This document shows positions 9,397 through 18,781 of a stretch of DNA of 64,000 bases, piece by piece. The notes under the pieces were generated by a model, which did not search any database, was not told the DNA's origin, and saw only the letters and a program-made list of their open reading frames with translations. Every line of letters starts with the position of its first letter. Position 1 is the first letter of the stretch. The position numbers and the translations under genes were made by a program. Location of the stretch: positions 96,001-160,000 of the forward strand of contig CBDCQT010000003.1 in the NCBI GenBank assembly GCA_965220745.1. Direction: 5' to 3'. The DNA is from Alphaproteobacteria bacterium. GTDB lineage: Bacteria > Pseudomonadota > Alphaproteobacteria > UBA828.

Positions 9397-11475
9397 TTAG
9401 GTGCTGCGTTCGCGCAGGGTCAGCACGGCGCCGAGCACGACAATACCGAAGATGATGTCGCGCCAGGCGAAGTGAAGCTCCGAGCCCGAGACCAGTGTCC
9501 CCACCGCCGTCAACAGCAGCGCGCCGCCGAAGATGCCGAGGTAGTGCCCGCGCCCGCCGATGGCGAGCGTGCCTCCCACCAGCACGACGGCAATCGCCGG
9601 CAGCAGGAAGCGCTGGCCCATGTTGAGGAAGGAGACGGTGGAGAAGCCGGTCATAAGCACACCGGCGAGCGCCGAGCAGAAGCCGCTCAGCACGTAGACG
9701 CCGAGCACCGTCCAGTCGACCCGCACGCCGGAGAGTCGCGCCACCCGCGCGCTGTTGCCGACCGCGAAGACGCGCCGGCCGAAGGTCGTGCGATGCAGCA
9801 CGACATAGGCCACGCCGGCGAAGCCGATGAGGAACCAGGCGGCGGGCGCGAGCCCGGCGAGCCGTTCGGTGAAGAACCAGACCAGCGCCGGCGGCGAGCG
9901 CCCGGTAGGGATACCGCCGGTGAAGAGCAGGCCCGCGCCCTGCATGATGCCGTTGGTCGCCAGCGTGACGACGATCGCCGGCATGCCGAACAGCACCACG
10001 CCGATGCCGTTGAAGAGGCCGACGCCGATGCCGATTGCCAGCACCAGCGGCACCGCCCAGTAGGCTGGCCCGTCCATCCCGTTGCAGAGCGCGGCCAGCA
10101 CCACGCCGGTGAACGCGAGCGTGTGCGGCACCGAGAGGTCGAGCCCGCCGGTGAGCACCACCGCGCCTTGCCCAAGGCCCAGCACGGCCAGGAAGAGCCC
10201 GAGCGTCAGCAGCGAGTTGAGGTAGTGGACGCTCACGCTCTCGCCGCCGATGACTGCGACCACGAGGATGTAGACCACGACCAGTAGCGTCCAGGCCGGC
10301 ACCATCAGGCGGAGCACGTCCCAGTTCTTGGTGGTCCACTGCCAGAGCTGCGGCCCGCTGAGTTCGTCGCTCGCCCGTGGAGTCCAGTTCGTGGCGAGCT
10401 TGCCGGTATTGGCTCGCGCGCCGCCGTGGAAGGAGGGCAGGCTCCTGTGCCTGAGCCCCGATAGCTTGAGGCCGGTCACCCGCCAGTACTCGGCCAGCGA
10501 CGTGTCGCGGCCGATCGAGGCGCCGATCACCGCCAGCAGCAGGATCACCGCCTCGGTGATCGGCATGACGTGCGGCGACCAGTTGAGCACGATCAGCACG
10601 TTCGAGATCAGCATCAGCGTGAACGCCGCGAACACTGTGCCGAGGCAGCCGCCCTCGCCGCCGCCGATCCGGGTGCCGCCCAGGATGGTCGCGGCGAAGA
10701 TGAGGAGCAGCATGCCGCTCCCCACCAGCGGGTCGCCGGAGCTGGTCTGCGCGCTGAGGAAGACCCCGCCAGCGCCGTAGAAGGTGCCGGCCAGCGTGTA
10801 GCCGAGGAACTTGGTGCGCGCGACGTTGATGCCGTTGGCAAAGGCGGCGTCCTCGTTGCTGCCGACGGCGTAGAGCGCAGTACCGAAGCGCGAGCGCTTG
10901 ATGAGTGCCCAAAGCCCCAGCGCCAGCAGGATGACCAGGAGGGCGGCGGGGAAGCCGTCCGGGATCAGGTCGCCGGTGAAGACCATCGAGAGGCCGTAGG
11001 GGATGTAGCCGCCCGGATCCGGCATCAGGAGCAGGTTGAGGCCGAGGATGATGAACATCACCGCCAGCGTCACCACCACCGGCTGCAGCCGCATGTAAGC
11101 GATGAAGAAGCCGTTGATGGCGCCGACCGAGGCCCCGATGCCGAGCCCCGCGAAGCACATCAGGACCTGGCTCCAAAGGGAATCGGTGGTGTGCAGCGCC
11201 ATGATCACGTTGACGAGCGAGAGCACGGCGCCGCAGGAGAGGTCGAACCCGCCGATCAGGAACACCACCGTCTGACCCATGGCGGCGAAGGCCAAAGGCC
11301 CGGTGTTGGACGAGAGGAAGTTGATCTCGAAGTAGCTGATCGGGCCGGGCGAGATCACGTCCAGGCAGACGAAGATGCCGATGAAGGCCGTGACCGCCAC
11401 CAGCAGTCGCCGGTTGCGCGAGAGGCCCTGCTGCCAGGAGAGCCGCGGCAGGCGCGCGAGCGGTACGTCGCTCAC
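9397..11475 (-). CDS. ABC transporter permease, two fused RbsC-type domains
   Basis: GTG 11475 overlaps the ATPase stop. Two copies each of GG(F/L)DLS, FG..(L/V)(Y/F)AVG and LGGT-like motifs. Confidence 0.9.
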   Translation of the reverse strand: MSDVPLARLPRLSWQQGLSRNRRLLVAVTAFIGIFVCLDVISPGPISYFEINFLSSNTGPLAFAAMGQTVVFLIGGFDLSCGAVLSLVNVIMALHTTDSLWSQVLMCFAGLGIGASVGAINGFFIAYMRLQPVVVTLAVMFIILGLNLLLMPDPGGYIPYGLSMVFTGDLIPDGFPAALLVILLALGLWALIKRSRFGTALYAVGSNEDAAFANGINVARTKFLGYTLAGTFYGAGGVFLSAQTSSGDPLVGSGMLLLIFAATILGGTRIGGGEGGCLGTVFAAFTLMLISNVLIVLNWSPHVMPITEAVILLLAVIGASIGRDTSLAEYWRVTGLKLSGLRHRSLPSFHGGARANTGKLATNWTPRASDELSGPQLWQWTTKNWDVLRLMVPAWTLLVVVYILVVAVIGGESVSVHYLNSLLTLGLFLAVLGLGQGAVVLTGGLDLSVPHTLAFTGVVLAALCNGMDGPAYWAVPLVLAIGIGVGLFNGIGVVLFGMPAIVVTLATNGIMQGAGLLFTGGIPTGRSPPALVWFFTERLAGLAPAAWFLIGFAGVAYVVLHRTTFGRRVFAVGNSARVARLSGVRVDWTVLGVYVLSGFCSALAGVLMTGFSTVSFLNMGQRFLLPAIAVVLVGGTLAIGGRGHYLGIFGGALLLTAVGTLVSGSELHFAWRDIIFGIVVLGAVLTLRERST

Positions 11476-13049
11476 GGGGCCGCTCCCGCCTCTGCGGCCG
11501 GCTGCGCCCCTTGTTGTGCGGACTCGGCGCCCTTCTCCGGGCCCTCGGCGCCGAGCGCGTAGCCCATGATGGCCTGCTCGGTGATCTCCTCGCCGATCAG
11601 CTCCTTGACCATGCGCCCGCGGTACATGACCAGCACCCGGTCGCAGATGTTCACGAGCTCCGGTATCTCGGTGGTGTAGTAGAGGATGGCGGCGCCAGCC
11701 TTGGCGAGCGCGCGGATCAGCACGTAGATCTCGTGCTTGGTGCCGATATCGACGCCCCGCGTCGGGTCGAAGGTGAGCAGCACCTGGCTCTGCGCCAGCA
11801 GCCACTTGGCGATGGCGATCTTCTGTTGGTTGCCGCCGGAGAAGGATGAGACGGTCTTGTAGAGCGCCCGCGGGTGAACCTGCAGGTCGTTCAGCACCTC
11901 GTCCACGGCGGCGGCCTCGGCCCTGCGGTCGATCCAGCCGGCCGACGCGAAGCGGTCGATGATCGGGATCGAGGCATTGGCGCCGCCGGTGAGCCTGAGG
12001 AAGAGTGCTTCGGTCTTGCGGTCCTCCGGCACCATGCTGATGCCGGCGCGCACCGCATCGGCCGGCGAAGCGAGCGTGAGCGCCCGGCCGCCGAGGGCGA
12101 TGGTGCCGCCATCCACGCCGCGCTCGCCGAAAAGCGCCTCGAACAGTTCGCGCTGGCCCATGCCCTGGAGCGCGCCGATGCCCAGTACCTCGCCCGGCCA
12201 GAGCTCGAAGGAGAGATCGTCCAGCGTGCCGCCGATGGTGAGACTCTCGCCGGAGAAGGCAGGCACGGAAGCATCGGCCTGGCGGTAGTTCTCGCGTTCC
12301 GGATAGATCGCGCCGAGAGAGCGGCCGATCACGAGGCTGACCACCTCGTCGTCCGTCACCTCGTCGATCCCGTAGGAGCCCACGTGCCTGCCGTTGCGGA
12401 GCACCGTGAGGCTCTGGCAGAAGCGGCGCACCTCGGCCATGCGGTGCGAGATGAAGACGATCGTCACGCCCTCTGCGTTGAGGCTGTCGATGAGGTCCCC
12501 AAGCCAGTCAACGTCGGAGGCCGATAACGTGGAGGTTGGCTCGTCCAGCAGCAGCACCCGGGGCTCGCGCGCGACCGCCTTCGCGATCTCGATCTTCTGG
12601 CGGGTGGAAAGCGCGAGGTCGCTCACCAGCGCGTTGGGGTCCACGTCGTCCAGGCCGAGGCGGGCGAAGTGCTGCACCACGGCGCGCTTGCTGCCGCGCC
12701 GGTCGATCTGGCCTGCCACCAGCGGCTCGTAGGGCAGCAGCATGTTCTGGATGACGGTCAGATCGTCGATCAGGGTCATTTCCTGAAACGCCGTCTGAAT
12801 GCCGAGCCGGTGCGCGCGGGAAGGGCGCCCGATGGTCACATCGTCGCCGAACACGTGGATGCCGCCGGTATCCTCGCGGATCAGTCCGGCCAGAATCTTG
12901 ACGAGGGTGGACTTGCCGGCGCCGTTCTCGCCGATCAGCGCGCGGATCTCGCCCTGCGGAATGGAGAAGGTGACGTCGTCGAGGGCAACGGTCGCGTCAA
13001 ACCGTTTGGAGAGGCCGTCGACCGCGATGGCGGGCGCCGCATCGTTCAT
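11472..13049 (-). CDS. Sugar-type (CUT2) ABC transporter ATP-binding protein
   Basis: GENGAGKST, LLDEPT, VPEDRK, FSGGNQQK, DPTRGVD. Confidence 0.95.
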   Translation of the reverse strand: MNDAAPAIAVDGLSKRFDATVALDDVTFSIPQGEIRALIGENGAGKSTLVKILAGLIREDTGGIHVFGDDVTIGRPSRAHRLGIQTAFQEMTLIDDLTVIQNMLLPYEPLVAGQIDRRGSKRAVVQHFARLGLDDVDPNALVSDLALSTRQKIEIAKAVAREPRVLLLDEPTSTLSASDVDWLGDLIDSLNAEGVTIVFISHRMAEVRRFCQSLTVLRNGRHVGSYGIDEVTDDEVVSLVIGRSLGAIYPERENYRQADASVPAFSGESLTIGGTLDDLSFELWPGEVLGIGALQGMGQRELFEALFGERGVDGGTIALGGRALTLASPADAVRAGISMVPEDRKTEALFLRLTGGANASIPIIDRFASAGWIDRRAEAAAVDEVLNDLQVHPRALYKTVSSFSGGNQQKIAIAKWLLAQSQVLLTFDPTRGVDIGTKHEIYVLIRALAKAGAAILYYTTEIPELVNICDRVLVMYRGRMVKELIGEEITEQAIMGYALGAEGPEKGAESAQQGAQPAAEAGAAP

Positions 13050-13150
13050 GCGTGCCCGCGCGAAGAAATGTGCGCCGGGGCTCTGCCAGACTCGCGGCCG
13101 GCCCCGGCGCAGCAGTCGTCATGGATCATGGCGGACGAGCCGCCGATCCT

Positions 13151-14290
13151 TCAGGTTTCGTCGTCCAGCATCCCTTCGGTGGCCGCGCGGAAGCCGAGCT
13201 CGGGCACCTGGGGCGACCAGAAATCGATGGCATAGTCAGGCGGGACGATGCCAGGCTTGATGGTGTTGCAGCCCGCCGCGAACTCCTCCGCCGTGCCGTT
13301 CTCGCAGAGCTTCACGTTGTCCTGCGTGACCTCGACCCCGGTGTACCACCGGAGATGCGGCACGTCCTCGTTGCCGTCGAGCACCTCCATGGCGGTCTTG
13401 AAGGTGTAGGAAACCGCCCAGAGGCCGGAGCCGATCGACTGGCCCTTCTTGCCGAGCGCGCCTTCGATTCCGGAATCGACCGGCAGCATCTGCAGCCGGT
13501 TGCCGTTCGCTGACTCGCCCGCGCACGGGATGATCGGATTGTCCGGCCACCAGCCGTCCTCCACCTGCATCTGGGAGACCGTGTAGCAGCCGGTCTGCGC
13601 CACGATGCCGTCGATATCCGCCCAGCTCTTGGTGGCCAGCAGCTCGCGCATCTTGAGCCGAGCTTCGGAGTGGCTCCACATGCCCACGAGCTCGGCCAGC
13701 ACGTTGACATCGGGGTGCCGTTCCACCGCCTGCTTGAAGCCCTTGTGGTGATCCTCGCCGTAGGAGACGCCGGGCACGCCGGTGATGGCGACGATGTTGC
13801 CCTTGCCGCCCATCTGGTCGATCACGTACTGGGTGCGGTAGTCGCCGAGCGCCACGCCGTCGATCTTCACGACATAGGCGCAGGGCTCGGTCACGCCGTT
13901 GATCACGGCCACGACCACGCCCTTGTTGCACGCGTTCCTGATGACCTTGTTGAGCGCCGTCGGCGAGATCGGGAAGGCCACGATGGCATCCGCGCCGGCC
14001 GCGATCATCGCGTTCATCTGCTGAATCTGTTTTTGGGCGTCGGGGCCGGAGGCCTGGACCCGCAGCTCGACCCGATCGCGGTACTGCGGCGCCTTGGCCA
14101 TGGCGATGACGGTGTTCTTGGCCTCAGTCTGCCAGGCGTTGCCCACGTAGCTCATGCTGTAATAGACGAGGAACTTGCCGTCCTCGGTCTTGGCCTCGGC
14201 CTTGTCGGCAGTCACGCTGGCGGCGAGTGCTATGCCCGCGCCGGCGGCAATCGCCCAGCGGGCGAGGCGTTTCGTTGCCCTGATTCTCAC
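13151..14290 (-). CDS. Periplasmic binding protein (type 1, sugar-type ABC)
   Basis: GTG 14290 after GGGAGGGAG; signal peptide; NAWQ, AAGADAIV, ITGVPG motifs. Confidence 0.88.
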   Translation of the reverse strand: MRIRATKRLARWAIAAGAGIALAASVTADKAEAKTEDGKFLVYYSMSYVGNAWQTEAKNTVIAMAKAPQYRDRVELRVQASGPDAQKQIQQMNAMIAAGADAIVAFPISPTALNKVIRNACNKGVVVAVINGVTEPCAYVVKIDGVALGDYRTQYVIDQMGGKGNIVAITGVPGVSYGEDHHKGFKQAVERHPDVNVLAELVGMWSHSEARLKMRELLATKSWADIDGIVAQTGCYTVSQMQVEDGWWPDNPIIPCAGESANGNRLQMLPVDSGIEGALGKKGQSIGSGLWAVSYTFKTAMEVLDGNEDVPHLRWYTGVEVTQDNVKLCENGTAEEFAAGCNTIKPGIVPPDYAIDFWSPQVPELGFRAATEGMLDDET

Positions 14291-14439
14291 CTGTCTCCCT
14301 CCCTTGTTCGCTTTGCAAAACACCGGATGATCCTCGTCTTTAGAGTGTGCCGCCCGCAGCCGGGACGAGTCAATTGCGGCCCGTTTCGACCGGCAGCCCA
14401 AGATGGGCTACGCTCCCGCGCCAGCAGGGAGGGGCGAAG

Positions 14440-16161
14440 ATGACGGACGCGCGCGAGGCCGCGGGCATCGTGGTCGAGACCGACGTCATGGTGCGGATGC
14501 GGGACGGCGTGCACCTCGCCTGCGACATCTACCGGCCGGCCTCGGGCGGCCCGGTTCCGGCCCTGGTTCAGCGCCAGCCCTACGACAAGCGCGTCGCCCA
14601 GACCTATGTCTATGACCACCCGGCGGTCTATGCGCGCCACGGCTATGCGGTGGTGATCGAGGACACCCGCGGGCGCTACGCCTCCGAGGGCGAGTTCTAT
14701 CCGCTCCGCCTCGATGCCGAGGACGGCTACGACACCGTCGAATGGTGCGCGGCCCAGCCCTGGTGCAACGGCCGGGTCGGCAGCTTCGGATTCTCCATTC
14801 CGGGCGTGAACCAGCTGCTCGCCGCCGCGCTCAAGCCCCCGCACCTCGCCGCCGCCGTGCCCGGCTTCTATCCGGGCGGCATGTACGAGGGCTTCACCCA
14901 CGTGGGCGGCACCTTCGGGCTTGCGGCGGTGATGGACTGGGCGCTCATCCTTGCGGGCGATGCGGCGCGGCGGCGGAACGACAGGGAAGTGCTCGGCGCC
15001 CTCGGCGCGGCGCAGGCGGCCTGCGGCCGCTGGCCGGCGGCGCTCGGACTCAGGGACATCCCTTTCCTCGAGACGCCGAACCTCATGCCCTTCCTCAAGG
15101 ACTACGTGGACCACCCCGCCCACGATGCCTACTGGCAGGAATGGGAGCTTGCGCCCCGGCTCGGGCAGATCGACGTGCCCTGCCTCCACGTCAGCGGCTG
15201 GTACGACAGCTTCATCCCCCAGACCATGGCGGCCTACGAGGCGTTTAGCGCCGCCGGCCGGGCCGAACACCGGCTGATCGTGGGCCCCTGGTATCACATC
15301 CCGTGGACCCAGCAGGTCGGCGCCATCGATTTCGGCGACGAAGCGAAGAACACCGTCAGCGTCTACGAGCGCGCCTGGTTCGACGCCTGGCTGAGGGACG
15401 ACCGCTCCGCGTTGGAGGCGCTGCCGCCCGTGCGCCTCTTCGTCACCGGCGAGAATCGTTGGCTCGACGCCGATGCCTGGCCGCTCGCAGGCACGGGCTC
15501 CGAGCGCTGGTACATGCACAGCGGCGGCCGCGCCAACTCGCTGAGCGGGGACGGGACGCTTGACCGGGAAGCGCCGGGCGACGAGGCACCGGATTTCTTC
15601 ATCTACAACCCGTTCGATCCGGTGCCGAGCATGGGCGGCCATTCCTGCTGCCTGCCGCAGACCGCACCCATGGGGCCGATGGACCAGCGCCCGGTGGAGT
15701 ATCGGAACGACGTGCTGGTCTATACGTCGGCGCCGCTGGATGCGCCCTACTTCGCCGCCGGCCCTGTCACGGCGCGGCTGAGTGCCGCGACCAGCGCCGC
15801 CGATACCGATTTCACGGTGAAGCTCTGCGACGTTGAGCCCGACGGGCGTTCGATCAACTTGTTCGAGGGTGTGATCCGCGGCCGCTTCCGCGAGAGCCGG
15901 GAGCGCGAGGTGCCGCTGGAGCCCCACCGCGTCTACGAATTCGTCATCGATGTCGGCGTGATCTGCCACGTCTTCCGCGCCGGGCATCGCGTCCGGGTCG
16001 AGGTGTCGAGCAGCAACTACCCGGCCTTCGACCGTAACCCCAACACCGGCGGGCCCATCGGCGCCGAGCACGCCTTCGACCTCCAGCCCGCGCATCAGAC
16101 CGTGTTCCACGATGGGGCCCGCCCCTCTTTCATCGACCTGCCAATTGTCCGGCAGACCTGA
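14440..16161 (+). CDS. CocE/NonD family serine hydrolase
   Basis: MRDGVHLACDIYRP, PYDK, DTRGRYASEG, GFSIPG nucleophile elbow, GWYD, GPWYH, SSSNYP. Confidence 0.93.
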   Translation: MTDAREAAGIVVETDVMVRMRDGVHLACDIYRPASGGPVPALVQRQPYDKRVAQTYVYDHPAVYARHGYAVVIEDTRGRYASEGEFYPLRLDAEDGYDTVEWCAAQPWCNGRVGSFGFSIPGVNQLLAAALKPPHLAAAVPGFYPGGMYEGFTHVGGTFGLAAVMDWALILAGDAARRRNDREVLGALGAAQAACGRWPAALGLRDIPFLETPNLMPFLKDYVDHPAHDAYWQEWELAPRLGQIDVPCLHVSGWYDSFIPQTMAAYEAFSAAGRAEHRLIVGPWYHIPWTQQVGAIDFGDEAKNTVSVYERAWFDAWLRDDRSALEALPPVRLFVTGENRWLDADAWPLAGTGSERWYMHSGGRANSLSGDGTLDREAPGDEAPDFFIYNPFDPVPSMGGHSCCLPQTAPMGPMDQRPVEYRNDVLVYTSAPLDAPYFAAGPVTARLSAATSAADTDFTVKLCDVEPDGRSINLFEGVIRGRFRESREREVPLEPHRVYEFVIDVGVICHVFRAGHRVRVEVSSSNYPAFDRNPNTGGPIGAEHAFDLQPAHQTVFHDGARPSFIDLPIVRQT

Positions 16162-16184
16162 CCGCCGAAGAGGAGAATTCACCG

Positions 16185-17378
16185 ATGGCCGACGATCGCA
16201 CTTACCTCACGCCCGCGAGCGAAGCCTGGATGAGCGGCCGGCCGGCCTCGGCAGCGGTCCGGGTCGGCGACCTCATGTTCCTCTCGGGCCAGGGGAGCGT
16301 GACCGACGACGGCCGGGTGACGGACGCGGGCGACGTCGAGGCCCAGGCGCGGAACGCCTTCGCAAGGGCCGGTGCGGTGCTGGAGGCGGCGGGCGCGGGC
16401 ATCGACGACGTGCTCGACGTGATGACCTTCCACAAGGACCCGCGCACGATAGACGCCGTCTTCGACGTCGGCCGCGAGGTGTTCTCCGCCCCCTATCCGG
16501 CGTGGACCGCCCTCGGCATGGTGGGGGCACACGATCCCGGTCTCGAGGTCGTCGTGCGGGTGGTCGCGCATGTGGGTGCCGGTGAGAAGCAGGGCGTGAC
16601 CCCAGCGGGCTTCGGCTGGATGGAGGGCCTTCCCATTTCGGCCGCCTGTCGCAAGAGCGACTACCTCTTCACCAGCGGCATCGTGGCTGCTGACGATGGC
16701 GGCGCGGTGGTGGCGCCTGCCAACCACATGGCGCAGGCGCGCTTCTGCTACGACCGGCTCAAGGACGTGATGCAGGCAGCGGGCGGCTCGCTCGACGAGA
16801 TCGTCGATATGATCTGTTTCAATCACGACGCCCGCGGCATGGACGCCGCCGTCGATACCTGGTGCAACGAGACCGTCGAGGGGCTGCCCATCGGCGAGGC
16901 CACGTCCTACACCGCGATCGGCATGACCGGCCTGCATCGGATGGGCCAGGTCGGTTGCTACCGGGCCATTGCGGACTTCAGCGAAGGCCCCCGGATCGCC
17001 CACAACCTGCCGAGCATCCATTGGCACGACCAGCGTATCTCTGGCGCGAGCCGCAAGGCGCACGGGCGGCTCATCGGCATCTCCGGCCAGGTCGCCTCGG
17101 ACGGGCAGAAGAACATCATCGCCCGCGGCGATGTCGCCTCCCAGGCGCACTACTGCTTCGGCCAGATCCGGGGCGTGCTGGAGAAACACGACGCGAGCCT
17201 CGACGACATCGTCGAGATCGTCTCCTTCCACAAGGATCCCAGGGCCTGGGAGACCGTGATGGCGGTGGGCAGCGAGCTGTTCAAGCCCGGCCACGGCCCG
17301 GCCTGGACGCCCATCGGCTGCACCGGCCTCTACCTCGAAGGCTATCTGCACGAGATCTACGCGATCGCCATGGTGTGA
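16185..17378 (+). CDS. Rid (YjgF/YER057c/UK114) family protein with three tandem domains
   Basis: Three ~130-aa repeats with SGQ/SGI, QA..(A/C)(F/Y), FHKDPR/FNHDAR/FHKDPR, PAWTALG/TSYTAIG/PAWTPIG. Confidence 0.88.
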   Translation: MADDRTYLTPASEAWMSGRPASAAVRVGDLMFLSGQGSVTDDGRVTDAGDVEAQARNAFARAGAVLEAAGAGIDDVLDVMTFHKDPRTIDAVFDVGREVFSAPYPAWTALGMVGAHDPGLEVVVRVVAHVGAGEKQGVTPAGFGWMEGLPISAACRKSDYLFTSGIVAADDGGAVVAPANHMAQARFCYDRLKDVMQAAGGSLDEIVDMICFNHDARGMDAAVDTWCNETVEGLPIGEATSYTAIGMTGLHRMGQVGCYRAIADFSEGPRIAHNLPSIHWHDQRISGASRKAHGRLIGISGQVASDGQKNIIARGDVASQAHYCFGQIRGVLEKHDASLDDIVEIVSFHKDPRAWETVMAVGSELFKPGHGPAWTPIGCTGLYLEGYLHEIYAIAMV

Positions 17379-17422
17379 ACGCGTTGATCCATGTTGCCGA
17401 TGGCCAAGCCGCCACGGACCCT

Positions 17423-17932
17423 TCAACCGCGCATGTTTCCGAATGCGAGGAGTCCGGTCAGGAAAGTATCCGCCTGAATGCTCCCGCGGACACCGTGCCA
17501 GTCTGCGAACGCCTGTTCTGCGCGCTCCACGAAGTCGAGGGCTTCACGACGCGTGAACCGACGGGCTCTGTTGTAGTCCGCCTCGAGGCGGGCCTCCTGA
17601 AGTTCGACGAGCGCGCTCGCTACCCGGACGAGCTCCGGCTGCAATTCTTTGCCGCTCAACCCGGGAGACAGCTTTGGCGAAACATTGTCAATCGAGAACT
17701 GTTGGGCGACTTGCCTCATTACTGAGTGTCCAAATGCTCGCGCCAGACAGCGGCGAAGGGCGACCCGGTCGCGGCCACGGAGCATGCGCCTCGTCGATTC
17801 ATCGACCAGCAGATGAAAGAGGGCGTAGTAGGATGTCGAGACCGCCCGACGCAGGCTCGCCTGCAACGGGCGCCGCGGCTCCTTGACGGCGAGCTGACGG
17901 GCTTGCCGCAACAAATCAACTTGCAGGCTCAC
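17423..17932 (-). CDS. HEPN-like protein (putative toxin)
   Basis: GTG 17932; LRRAVSTSYYALFH and LQEARLEADY (R-x4-Y) motifs. Confidence 0.7.
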   Translation of the reverse strand: MSLQVDLLRQARQLAVKEPRRPLQASLRRAVSTSYYALFHLLVDESTRRMLRGRDRVALRRCLARAFGHSVMRQVAQQFSIDNVSPKLSPGLSGKELQPELVRVASALVELQEARLEADYNRARRFTRREALDFVERAEQAFADWHGVRGSIQADTFLTGLLAFGNMRG

Positions 17933-17937
17933 GACAC

Positions 17938-18210
17938 TTAGGCGGCCTCCGAAGCCCCTCGGAAGCGAACATAGGTCCATATTGAGGATTCGGTCTTGCG
18001 GCGGACCAGATTGCGCACCATGTCCCGCAACCGGTCTCGGGTTTCGAGGTCCACTTCCTCCTCCGTGAGATAGACCCATACCCACACGGCGGGGGCGTCA
18101 GTAGAGTCGACCCCGGTTTCAACCTCCCAGCCGCTGACCGGGGTCGGAAGATTCCGCAGCGTTCCCAGCGCCGACTCGATGTTGGCTGCCGTGATTTTCA
18201 TCTCCATCAC
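17938..18210 (-). CDS. Small protein, probable partner of the HEPN gene (degenerate MNT-like antitoxin?)
   Basis: 90 aa, 5 bp upstream of the HEPN gene; GVDSTDAPAVWVWV acidic strand, C-terminal YVRFR. Confidence 0.55.
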   Translation of the reverse strand: MMEMKITAANIESALGTLRNLPTPVSGWEVETGVDSTDAPAVWVWVYLTEEEVDLETRDRLRDMVRNLVRRKTESSIWTYVRFRGASEAA

Positions 18211-18391
18211 CTGATGGACGTTGCAAACAACGCGCCCTCCGAGTGAACGATAACGGGAGACGGGGGATCAGTGAACTACGAATGACCAGCGCAGCTTGTC
18301 ATTCTCCGAGTTCACCGCTCCTTCTCCGAACCTCTTCCCCCGTGGCAGTATCGTCGGGCGCGCCGCTGCGGCGCCTGCCAAGGAGACAGAA

Positions 18392-18781
18392 ATGATCACG
18401 CTTCATAATCCGGATTCGGTCGTGGCGGCCGCGTCGTTCTACAGTCAGGCGGCGGAGGTGGGGCCCGGCAAGCGCTGGCTCCACGTCTCGGGCCAGGTGG
18501 GCGCAGCGCCCGACGGCACATTGGCGGAGGGCTTCGAGGCGCAGAGCGACCAGGTCTGGCGCAACATCGAAGCCCTGCTCGCCGCCGCCGATATGACCAT
18601 GGAGAACCTAGTGATCGTGCGGGCGCTGCTAGTGGACCGCGCCCACCTCGGGGCTTATCGGAAGATCAGGGACCGCCACCTGCAGGGCCACCAGGCGGCC
18701 TCGACGCTGCTGATCGTCGCTGGCCTCGCCGACGAGCGCTGGCTGATCGAGATCGAGGCGCTGGCCGCCGCCGACACCTGA
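18392..18781 (+). CDS. Rid family protein (single domain)
   Basis: ATG after AGGAG; YSQA, VSGQVG, ASTLLIVAGL, LIEIEA. Confidence 0.9.
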   Translation: MITLHNPDSVVAAASFYSQAAEVGPGKRWLHVSGQVGAAPDGTLAEGFEAQSDQVWRNIEALLAAADMTMENLVIVRALLVDRAHLGAYRKIRDRHLQGHQAASTLLIVAGLADERWLIEIEALAAADT

